Shown here: piece by piece, positions 1-6,736 of the stretch
Position numbering within the stretch: the first letter of the stretch is position 1
Layout of the letters: each line of letters opens with the position of its first letter
From: a virus
Strand: one strand, 5' to 3'
Length of the DNA stretch: 64,000 nucleotides
Virus record (IMG/VR): IMGVR_UViG_3300035670_000062
Location: 32,001 to 96,000 of that record
Notes under the pieces: generated by a model
What the model was told of the DNA's origin: nothing
The model's input: only the letters and a program-made list of their open reading frames with translations
Databases searched by the model: none
Program-made: the position numbers and the translations under genes

Positions 1-1
1 C

Positions 2-778
2 TTAATTACAACCTCAGAAAAACCAATTACAATTGAAAAATCAACTTCTATAAAGAAATTAATTGGATATCAAAATGAAAAAGATAATACTATTATATCT
101 CAAGATGAATATGATAATTTATTAGAAGGGATTAATAAAGAGTGGAATGATGATGAAAATGAATGGGAATTTGGAAATATAGAAGACGAGATAAAATATA
201 ATATTATATGTAAATCTTATACTCCCAAATATGAATATGAAACTCAATTAACTCAAATCGAATTTGAAATAATTGAATATCCAGCAAGTCAATATGATGA
301 AATTATTCCATTATATTCATTAGATGCTAAAAATATTTTTGAAACTAAATGTACTTTTACTCCAAATCTATTTAAAACTTTTAGAGAAATATGTGAAAGG
401 GAATATGGAATAGAAGCCAAAAATATAGAAAATGCAACTCATTCAGGAATTAGATATATAAAAATTAATAATGAATATATTCAAGGAATGGATGATTTTA
501 ATATGAGATATAATAAATCTATTATAGATTCATATGATGGATGTATTGAAAGAATGGATACTCTTAAAAAAGATTTAAATAATATATTATCATTTCATTT
601 TGCTAAAAAATCTCAAAAAATTCTAGATACTACTACATTAGGAGGATTTTTAACCGAATTAGATTCTATTAGAAATACCATTTATAAGTTAGAAATCAAA
701 ACTAAAAGTTATGGAGATTACCAAAATGCATGTGGAAAAATCAATAAATTAATTAATCTAATCATTGAAAAAAATTAA
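2..778 (+). CDS. hypothetical protein, 5'-partial (extends beyond window start)
   Basis: Frame of ORF 488..778 stays open back to position 2. Confidence 0.7.
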   Translation, partial: LITTSEKPITIEKSTSIKKLIGYQNEKDNTIISQDEYDNLLEGINKEWNDDENEWEFGNIEDEIKYNIICKSYTPKYEYETQLTQIEFEIIEYPASQYDEIIPLYSLDAKNIFETKCTFTPNLFKTFREICEREYGIEAKNIENATHSGIRYIKINNEYIQGMDDFNMRYNKSIIDSYDGCIERMDTLKKDLNNILSFHFAKKSQKILDTTTLGGFLTELDSIRNTIYKLEIKTKSYGDYQNACGKINKLINLIIEKN

Positions 779-915
779 AATGAATAATAAATTTTATAAA
801 TCTAAAATAATAGGCAAATCATACTCCGCAAATGAATATATTAACCATGGTTATGGTGGTATAATGTATGGTAAAAAAGATTTACCACATAATGAATATC
901 CTTATGAAATAATTT

Positions 916-1206
916 ATGAAACACAGAAAAAATATATTAGGAGGCAGTACCTCAAATAAACCTACATCAACCATAGAATTAGTTAAAGTTCCTGATGAAG
1001 TTATTGTTGAAATACAAAGAGAAGAAATAGAGACCCTTAAAAAAGAAATAGATAAGTTAAAATATAAATCCGAAAATAAGATAATAACAGAACTTAAAGA
1101 TAAAAATAGAAGATTAAAATCTGAAAATAAGAAGTTAAAACTTCAATTAGATGTTTTAAATAATAAAATTAGGAAGTTTAATTCAAAAACCTTACCAAGA
1201 GGATAA
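916..1206 (+). CDS. coiled-coil hypothetical protein
   Basis: K/E/L heptad-rich 96 aa ORF. Confidence 0.6.
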   Translation: MKHRKNILGGSTSNKPTSTIELVKVPDEVIVEIQREEIETLKKEIDKLKYKSENKIITELKDKNRRLKSENKKLKLQLDVLNNKIRKFNSKTLPRG

Positions 1207-1221
1207 TAATTTCTATTTGAT

Positions 1222-1281
1222 TTTGTTTGGCTCCCCAGGGAGCCATTCGTATCTTTAGCGTATAAGAAACAAATAAAAGTT
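1222..1281 (+). promoter_or_regulatory. repeated Bacteroidota-type early promoter with palindromic spacer, copy 1
   Basis: TTTG-N20-TATCTTTA resembles the Bacteroidota -33 TTTG / -7 TAnnTTTG consensus; spacer GGCTCC-ccag-GGAGCC; followed by TATAAGAAA and AAAAGTT-ATG. Confidence 0.8.
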
Positions 1282-1686
1282 ATGTTATACGAATTGATTG
1301 TAAAAAGTAAAATTAATACTTATAGAAGTAGAATTACTTCTTCTAATACTATTAATATTTCTAATGGAATTTATAGAGAATTTAAATATCAATATTCTCA
1401 CCCCATTATACCACCTAGTTTAGTAAGTTTAAATGATAAAAAATTTATAGTACCTGAGTGGATAGAGGTTCATCCTAATACTGAATTAACAGATATTGAG
1501 TGGATAAAACCTATAAAAGAATATGTAAAACCTAATATTGAAATAATTGAATTTAAATCATCATCTAGTTCAGAAATTCATAGAGTTACTATTAAAGATG
1601 GGAAGATGAAATGTTCATGTATGGGATTCTTTAGGGGGAGAGGAAAGTGTAAACATACAAAAGAAGTTGAAGAAAGTAGAAAGTAA
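1282..1686 (+). CDS. SWIM zinc-finger protein
   Basis: C-terminal CSC-x9-CKH (CSCMGFFRGRGKCKH). Confidence 0.75.
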   Translation: MLYELIVKSKINTYRSRITSSNTINISNGIYREFKYQYSHPIIPPSLVSLNDKKFIVPEWIEVHPNTELTDIEWIKPIKEYVKPNIEIIEFKSSSSSEIHRVTIKDGKMKCSCMGFFRGRGKCKHTKEVEESRK

Positions 1687-1693
1687 GTAATGA

Positions 1694-1741
1694 TTTGTTT
1701 GGCTCCACAAGGAGCCATTTGTATCTTTAGCGTATAAGAAA
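1694..1741 (+). promoter_or_regulatory. repeated early promoter, copy 2
   Basis: tttgtttggctccacaaggagccatttgtatctttagcgtataagaaa. Confidence 0.8.
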
Positions 1742-1773
1742 TTAAAAATAATTGTAGAAGAAATAGAAAAAAT

Positions 1774-2847
1774 ATGAAAAAATTACCAACATTATATAAG
1801 TATAATACTAAAAATAAAGCTCAACAATGGGAAATTATTGTTGAGGGAAATTCATTTTACACCATAGAGGGATTGGTAGATGGTAAATTAACTATTTCTT
1901 CTTCTACATTATGTGAATCTAAAAATGTAGGTAAATCAAATGAAACTACTCCTCAAGAACAAGCTTTTTTTGAAGCTAAAGCTAAATGGCAAAAGAAACT
2001 AGATGAAGGTTATAATGAAGTTTTAACTACTCAAGTTAAATTTATTAAACCTATGTTAGCTCAAAAATATGAAGATTATAAGAAATTAATGTTTAAAAAT
2101 AGAACATTTATTCAACCTAAATTAGATGGTTTAAGATGTGTAAATGGGAGTAATAAACAAATGAGTAGAACAGGTAAAGAATATTTGTCTACTCCTCATT
2201 TAAATCAATCAACTACATTATTAGATGGTGAGTTATATTCCCATGAGTATAAACATGATTTTAATACTATAGTAAGTTTATGTCGTAAGACTAAACCTAC
2301 AAAAGAAGACATTGAGTTGAGTTCTAAAATAATTGAATATTGGATATATGATTTACCTAATGATGGTAGAGTATTTTCTAAAAGATTTGAAGATGTTTTA
2401 AAATTAGTTGAATTAAATCCCATGTTTAAAGTAGTACCTACGTATGAGGTTTTTAATGAAGAAGATATCGAAAAATATCACTTACAGTTTATCGAAGAAG
2501 GATATGAGGGAAGTATTATTAGAATGGATATGGGAGGTTACGAAAATAAAAGAAGTAAACAATTATTGAAAAAGAAAGATTGGATGGATGAAGAGTTTAC
2601 AATATTAGATATAGAATCAGGTAAGGGACAGTTGAGTGAAATTGCTGCTAGACTTATACTTCAACTACCTAATGGTGAAACTTTTAATAGTGCATTAAAT
2701 TGTAATCATGAAGAAATGAGTAGAATTTTTGTTAATAAAGAAAGTATAATAGGTAGACAAGCTACTGTTAAGTTTTTTGATTACACTCCAGATGGAAAAC
2801 CTAGATTTCCAAAAGTTGTAGTTATTGATAGATGGAGTTTTGAATAA
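1774..2847 (+). CDS. lig: ATP-dependent DNA ligase
   Basis: Motif I QPKLDGLRC, LDGELY, EGYEGSIIR, LLKKK, C-terminal PRFP; WGR-like N-terminus. Confidence 0.93.
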   Translation: MKKLPTLYKYNTKNKAQQWEIIVEGNSFYTIEGLVDGKLTISSSTLCESKNVGKSNETTPQEQAFFEAKAKWQKKLDEGYNEVLTTQVKFIKPMLAQKYEDYKKLMFKNRTFIQPKLDGLRCVNGSNKQMSRTGKEYLSTPHLNQSTTLLDGELYSHEYKHDFNTIVSLCRKTKPTKEDIELSSKIIEYWIYDLPNDGRVFSKRFEDVLKLVELNPMFKVVPTYEVFNEEDIEKYHLQFIEEGYEGSIIRMDMGGYENKRSKQLLKKKDWMDEEFTILDIESGKGQLSEIAARLILQLPNGETFNSALNCNHEEMSRIFVNKESIIGRQATVKFFDYTPDGKPRFPKVVVIDRWSFE

Positions 2848-2944
2848 TATTAAACAAGCAAAAAACTAATCAAATACCAAGTTTCATTACCCTTAATAGG
2901 ATGTGTTTTAAAGGTATTTTATAAATTAATTATATTATTATATT

Positions 2945-3268
2945 ATGAAAAAAGTTATTATAATGTGTTTATTTCCTATAACTATGTGGAGTCAACAATC
3001 TACATTGAACTATAAAACACCCATTAAATTCAACCTAAATACAAACAATGTAACTTATTCAAGTTATTCTTATTCACCTATAGGTCCTGGTTTGATGTTA
3101 GGTGGTGCTATTTTTACTACAGCAGCATTATTAACTGTACCTAATTATAATGTAAGGGGAGTTCAACAATATTCTCCTTATGTAAAAACAACACCTAGAT
3201 TTACAGCTATGATGTTGGGAATTGGTTGTTTCAGTATTGGGACTGTTTTAACAATTGGGGGAAGATGA
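2945..3268 (+). CDS. secreted/membrane hypothetical protein
   Basis: Bacteroidota-style signal peptide MKKVIIMCLFPITMWSQ plus two hydrophobic segments. Confidence 0.65.
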   Translation: MKKVIIMCLFPITMWSQQSTLNYKTPIKFNLNTNNVTYSSYSYSPIGPGLMLGGAIFTTAALLTVPNYNVRGVQQYSPYVKTTPRFTAMMLGIGCFSIGTVLTIGGR

Positions 3269-3582
3269 AACTTATTTATAAAATAATATCAGATCACCCT
3301 GAGGTGAAAGATCATCCAGATGTTGTAAAATTAATAGATTATATTGATAATCTTGAGGAGAGTAAAATTAAGAAGGAACAAGATTTAAAATTTAATAAGG
3401 AATTATTATATCTTGAATTACTCAGAGAAATTTATAAAGATATATTATTTCAAATCGAACAAGATGAATTATCAATAAGATTTAAAGAAACAAATAGAGT
3501 TGATTTTAAAGAATGTTTAATTTATTTAAAGAAATATTTAGATAAATTTCAAGAGGAAAATAAAGTAAATTTAAATAGATAA
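3265..3582 (+). CDS. hypothetical protein
   Basis: ORF 3226..3582; ATG at 3265 overlapping the upstream stop (ATGA) is the likelier start. Confidence 0.6.
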   Translation: MKLIYKIISDHPEVKDHPDVVKLIDYIDNLEESKIKKEQDLKFNKELLYLELLREIYKDILFQIEQDELSIRFKETNRVDFKECLIYLKKYLDKFQEENKVNLNR

Positions 3583-3601
3583 AAAAACTCCCACGAAATC
3601 A

Positions 3602-3645
3602 TTTGGTTACCTGAAAAATGGTTCGTATATTTACAGTATAAGAAA
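3602..3645 (+). promoter_or_regulatory. early-type promoter upstream of the tRNA leader
   Basis: TTTG-N20-TATATTTA followed by TATAAGAAA, same architecture as the repeated promoters. Confidence 0.65.
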
Positions 3646-3688
3646 GAAAAGATCGACTTAAAAAAGAAAACACATATTTATAATAAAA

Positions 3689-3808
3689 ATGAAAAATTGT
3701 AGCCTAAATATTAACCTTACGAATACATGGAGTCGCCCGACTAATCATGATGGGGTCTATTCATTTAGAGCGAAATCATCAGACAAAATAAAACCACCCG
3801 GTTTATAA
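3689..3808 (+). CDS. putative attenuator leader peptide (39 aa, MKNCSLNINLTNTWSRPTNHDGVYSFRAKSSDKIKPPGL)
   Basis: A-rich start context after TATTTATA; 31 distinct codons in 39; ends 27 nt before a terminator stem. Confidence 0.8.
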   Translation: MKNCSLNINLTNTWSRPTNHDGVYSFRAKSSDKIKPPGL

Positions 3809-3834
3809 ATAGAATTATATATAATAATTATATC

Positions 3835-3869
3835 AACCCGGGTTTACAAAGTTAAGCTCGGGTTTTTTT
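3835..3869 (+). terminator. intrinsic terminator (attenuator) in front of the tRNA array
   Basis: 12-bp stem AACCCGGGTTTA/TAAGCTCGGGTT with 2 GU pairs, 6-nt loop, T7 tract. Confidence 0.85.
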
Positions 3870-3875
3870 GTTTTA

Positions 3876-3949
3876 AGGCTTTTTAGTTTAATTGGTAAAA
3901 TACGATACTTGTAATATTGAGAAAATGGTTCGAATCCATTAATGGCCTC
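3876..3949 (+). tRNA. tRNA-Thr(TGT)
   Basis: Anticodon arm cgata-CTTGTAA-tattg, T loop TTCGAAT; one acceptor mismatch. Confidence 0.75.
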
Positions 3950-3957
3950 TTAAAATT

Positions 3958-3968
3958 GTTCTTTGACA
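3958..3968 (+). promoter_or_regulatory. boxA-like (rrn-type Nus antitermination) site
   Basis: GTTCTTTGACA between the first two tRNAs; resembles the GYTCTTTRAMA boxA consensus. Confidence 0.6.
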
Positions 3969-3986
3969 TATTGGAAATTAAAAAAT

Positions 3987-4069
3987 GGAAGTGATCCGGC
4001 TGGATGAGGAGCTGTTCTTGAAAAGCAGTAATGCTTATGGTATTGTGAGTTCGAGTCTCACCGCTTCCG
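3987..4069 (+). tRNA. tRNA-Ser(TGA)
   Basis: ctgtt-CTTGAAA-agcag, long variable arm, G73. Confidence 0.9.
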
Positions 4070-4075
4070 CAATAA

Positions 4076-4151
4076 CGAGTAGTAGAGGAGTCAGGTTTAT
4101 CTCGCTTGGTTTGGGACCAAGAGCACGCAGGTTCGGATCCTGCCTACTCGA
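4076..4151 (+). tRNA. tRNA-Pro(TGG)
   Basis: cttgg-TTTGGGA-ccaag; cgagtag/ctactcg acceptor. Confidence 0.92.
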
Positions 4152-4193
4152 CTAAAAATAAAATCATATAATTATGAAAAGTGACAAACAAAC

Positions 4194-4267
4194 GCTCTCG
4201 TAACTCAGTTGGATAGAGTACTAAGCTTTTAACTTAGGAGTCAATGGTTCAAATCCATTCGGGAGCA
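4194..4267 (+). tRNA. tRNA-Lys(TTT)
   Basis: ctaag-CTTTTAA-cttag. Confidence 0.92.
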
Positions 4268-4274
4268 CAAAAAT

Positions 4275-4349
4275 GGTCTATTGGTGAAGTGGCTATCATC
4301 TCTGCCTGTCACGCAGAAGTAGACGGATCGTAACCGTCATGGACCGCCA
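4275..4349 (+). tRNA. tRNA-Asp(GTC)
   Basis: tctgc-CTGTCAC-gcaga; encoded CCA. Confidence 0.9.
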
Positions 4350-4353
4350 AAAT

Positions 4354-4429
4354 ATATCCTTAGCTCAGTTGGAAGAGTAACATGTTTACATCATGAAGGT
4401 CCTAGGTTCAAGTCCTAGAGGATATACCA
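4354..4429 (+). tRNA. tRNA-Val(TAC)
   Basis: catg-TTTACAT-catg; encoded CCA. Confidence 0.88.
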
Positions 4430-4489
4430 TCACAAGTAGAGGACATTGGCCGTGTAAAGGTGCCACTACCAAGAAAGATGTCCAAATTT

Positions 4490-4570
4490 GGGAGATTATA
4501 CCGTAGAGGTAGCGGGGCAGCCTGTAAAGTTGTTACGAAAGTTCGGGTGGTTCGACTCCATCATCTCCCA
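4490..4570 (+). tRNA. tRNA-Tyr(GTA)
   Basis: gcagc-CTGTAAA-gttgt, extended variable arm. Confidence 0.88.
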
Positions 4571-4577
4571 CTTCTAA

Positions 4578-4691
4578 GGGTAAAACGCTTCCTGAACCGA
4601 TGTTGGGAGGTTATTGAAGAGTGGTTAAAGGCCATAATATATCTTTGTCGGGGATATATAGTTTTGTAAAAGCTTCAATTTAGTTTTACCC
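4578..4691 (+). ncRNA. unidentified multibranch structured RNA
   Basis: Closing stem GGGTAAAAC/GTTTTACCC; internal ATTGAAG/CTTCAAT stem and several hairpins; located inside the tRNA array. Confidence 0.55.
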
Positions 4692-4701
4692 CCGGTACTT
4701 T

Positions 4702-4773
4702 GGCTCTATGGTGAAATGGTTATCACTGCGGACTGTTAATCCGTCATTCCAAGTTCGAGTCTTGGTGGAGCCG
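4702..4773 (+). tRNA. tRNA-Asn(GTT)
   Basis: gcgga-CTGTTAA-tccgt. Confidence 0.92.
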
Positions 4774-4782
4774 CAATAAAAC

Positions 4783-4859
4783 AGACACATATACCCTCCG
4801 CCTGATACGCGGTAGAAAGGTTAATTGGTTGCATGTAGGTTCAAGTCCTACTGTGTCTA
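4783..4859 (+). tRNA. atypical tRNA-Ile(GAT) lacking a D arm at the normal position
   Basis: Perfect acceptor AGACACA/TGTGTCT, T arm GTAGG-TTCAAGT-CCTAC, anticodon ccgc-CTGATAC-gcgg, A73. Confidence 0.7.
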
Positions 4860-4864
4860 CATTT

Positions 4865-4947
4865 GGAAAATAAAATAGAGAGGATCTATAACCGCCTGCT
4901 AAGCGAGTTGTACCATCAGGTATGTGTTTCGAGTACACTGTTTTCCG
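4865..4947 (+). tRNA. tRNA-Ser(GCT)
   Basis: cgc-CTGCTAA-gcg, long variable arm, G73. Confidence 0.8.
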
Positions 4948-4949
4948 CT

Positions 4950-5025
4950 GTGTTCATAGTGTTAAGGGTTAGCACGTTTGGTTGTGGTTCAAAAAGTATG
5001 GGTTCAAATCCCATTGAACACCCCA
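4950..5025 (+). tRNA. tRNA-His(GTG)
   Basis: tttgg-TTGTGGT-tcaaa, C73, encoded CCA. Confidence 0.88.
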
Positions 5026-5028
5026 ATT

Positions 5029-5100
5029 GCGGATTAGGTTATGGTAACCAAGAGGCCTCCAAAACCTCAGGACAAGGTTCGATTCCTTGAGTCTGCGCCA
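5029..5100 (+). tRNA. tRNA-Trp(CCA)
   Basis: gagg(c)-CTCCAAA-(a)cctc; encoded CCA. Confidence 0.85.
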
Positions 5101-5105
5101 TGTAA

Positions 5106-5178
5106 GGGAGTATAGCAAAGATGGTTTATGCGCTGGACTGAAAATCCAGAGATACAGGATCGTTACCTGTTGCTCCCA
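5106..5178 (+). tRNA. tRNA-Phe(GAA)
   Basis: ctgga-CTGAAAA-tccag. Confidence 0.9.
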
Positions 5179-5190
5179 CAAAAATAAAAT

Positions 5191-5263
5191 GGGTCTGTGT
5201 CCGAGTGGTTACAGGTGACTTCCTGCAAAGTTGTTTACATAGGTTCGAATCCTATAAGACCCT
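5191..5263 (+). tRNA. tRNA-Cys(GCA)
   Basis: CTGCAAA loop, U73; two U-U mismatches in the anticodon stem. Confidence 0.75.
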
Positions 5264-5270
5264 CTAAAAT

Positions 5271-5344
5271 GCCTATATGGCGGAATTGGTAGACGCGCTT
5301 GATTTAGGATCAAGATTTTACAGGTTCGAGTCCTGTTATGGGTA
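5271..5344 (+). tRNA. tRNA-Leu(TAG), short variable region
   Basis: Leu-type D arm GGCGGAATTGGTAGACGC; cttga-TTTAGGA-tcaag. Confidence 0.88.
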
Positions 5345-5349
5345 CAAAA

Positions 5350-5422
5350 GTATTCTTAGTTCAATTGGATAGAACCTCTAACTACGGATTAGAGAATGTA
5401 TGTTCGAGTCATACAGAATACT
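5350..5422 (+). tRNA. tRNA-Arg(ACG)
   Basis: tctaa-CTACGGA-ttaga. Confidence 0.92.
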
Positions 5423-5427
5423 CAAAT

Positions 5428-5499
5428 GTCTCTATAGTTCAATGGATAGAATTTTTCTCTTCTAAAGAAAAGATGCTGGTTCGAATCCAGCTAGGGATA
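5428..5499 (+). tRNA. tRNA-Arg(TCT)
   Basis: tttct-CTTCTAA-agaaa. Confidence 0.92.
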
Positions 5500-5505
5500 C
5501 TAAAA

Positions 5506-5578
5506 GCGGGTATCGTATAATGGTTAATTACACTAGCCTTCCAAGCCTGTGATGTTGGTTCGATTCCAACTACCCGCT
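5506..5578 (+). tRNA. tRNA-Gly(TCC)
   Basis: GCGGGTA/TACCCGC acceptor, CTTCCAA loop, U73; mismatched anticodon stem. Confidence 0.8.
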
Positions 5579-5596
5579 CATATATTTATTTTAAAT

Positions 5597-5670
5597 GGGG
5601 ACGCATGTACCAAGACTGGCGAAGGATACTTGCAATATCCTTGTGGTGGATTTGATTTCCACCGTCTCCA
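5597..5670 (+). tRNA. tRNA-Ala(TGC)
   Basis: ggata-CTTGCAA-tatcc, G3:U70 pair, A73; atypical D and T loops. Confidence 0.8.
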
Positions 5671-5673
5671 CTT

Positions 5674-5850
5674 TATTTTACTGGATTGGGCCAGTTAAAA
5701 TAGTTGCTTAAGCCCAAAGCGTTATATTACATAATATAGATGCAATGCATGTAGTTTAGCAGCTTAGACACCATTCGAGTGAAAGCTGTAGGGATAGATA
5801 CCTAGTATTTTAAGAGAAGAATAGTAACTTAATCTCAAACCATCTATGCG
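5674..5850 (+). ncRNA. possible structured RNA with a 5' H-type pseudoknot
   Basis: TATTTTACTGG/CCAGTTAAAATA hairpin whose loop TTGGG matches CCCAA at 5713-5717; further stems downstream. Confidence 0.4.
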
Positions 5851-5852
5851 AA

Positions 5853-5918
5853 TTTGTTTGGCTCCTCAGGGAGCCATTCGTATCTTTATGGTATAAGAAA
5901 CAAATAAAAATAAAAGTT
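5853..5918 (+). promoter_or_regulatory. repeated early promoter, copy 3
   Basis: tttgtttggctcctcagggagccattcgtatctttatggtataagaaac. Confidence 0.8.
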
Positions 5919-6464
5919 ATGAAAACATTAGTTAAGCATCTTAAAAATGAGAGAATTGGAGAGATAATCAAAGAAAATCCCAAAACATTTTTAGTTAAAA
6001 CTCTAAAAGTAGGATATGAAACTATATATGAAAAGGTTTTATGGAAAAAGGAAGATGTATCATCTTATACAGAACCAGTTAAAGAAAAATCATTTTATGA
6101 TAAAATGAGAGAACGAAATATGGAAGACGCAAAAAACCTACCTACAACTCCTAAAGAAGCATCTCAAACAATTTTGTTGTTAAAAATGGCTATTATAGAT
6201 AGAGTAGAAAAAATTGAAAAAAGAGATCATAAAGAAGATAACATATTTACTTTTAGAGAAAAATCTACAGACAGATTTGGCTTTACAGAAAATTATGTTA
6301 ATATATTAATGCAAATGGCTTATGATGAGGGTCATAAAAATGCAACCGAAACTTTAACTAAAAGATATAATTCTTCTACTCAATTAATGAAAGATGCTTT
6401 AGATAAAATAAAGGATGCTTTAGATGATGCTAATTGGATTGAAGAATGTAATTGTAATTATTAA
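5919..6464 (+). CDS. hypothetical protein
   Basis: 181 aa ORF directly behind promoter copy 3. Confidence 0.75.
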   Translation: MKTLVKHLKNERIGEIIKENPKTFLVKTLKVGYETIYEKVLWKKEDVSSYTEPVKEKSFYDKMRERNMEDAKNLPTTPKEASQTILLLKMAIIDRVEKIEKRDHKEDNIFTFREKSTDRFGFTENYVNILMQMAYDEGHKNATETLTKRYNSSTQLMKDALDKIKDALDDANWIEECNCNY

Positions 6465-6467
6465 AAT

Positions 6468-6734
6468 ATGAGGAAAGAAAAAGTTATATCCTTAATATCA
6501 GGAAGGATTCAAACAGAATATGAGAAATATTCTGATAAGGGAATGGATTGGGCTCAAATTTCAGCTAAAAAAATATATTCTTCTCTATTTATGGATAAAG
6601 AGGGGGGTAAAGAATTTTATAGTAAAGATGAAGTTAGTTCATTATTATTTAAAGCAATAATAGAAAATAAAGAGTTCCCTACCTATACAGACTTAACAAA
6701 CCACATAAAACAATTTAAAGAAAAAAATATGTAA
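6468..6734 (+). CDS. hypothetical protein
   Basis: 88 aa ORF, tightly packed. Confidence 0.7.
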   Translation: MRKEKVISLISGRIQTEYEKYSDKGMDWAQISAKKIYSSLFMDKEGGKEFYSKDEVSSLLFKAIIENKEFPTYTDLTNHIKQFKEKNM

Positions 6735-6736
6735 TT

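Noticed and set aside
765-959. 64-aa ORF as a confident gene
   Set aside because: It is short, overlaps both neighbours and has no motif; it may be real from ATG 780 but is unsupported
4174-4203. Mini-ORF MKSDKQTLS* inside the tRNA array
   Set aside because: It has only 9 codons and overlaps tRNA-Lys; it may be a deleted-gene remnant but cannot be supported
4460-5520. ORFs 4460..4669, 4744..4938, 4863..5090, 4969..5181 and 5338..5520
   Set aside because: They overlap tRNA genes or structured RNA and are chance frames in GC-richer sequence
5597-5850. tmRNA (GGGG start, G3:U70, downstream pseudoknot)
   Set aside because: The acceptor stem closes at 5670 around a full TGC anticodon arm, and no tag ORF or second tRNA-like end was found
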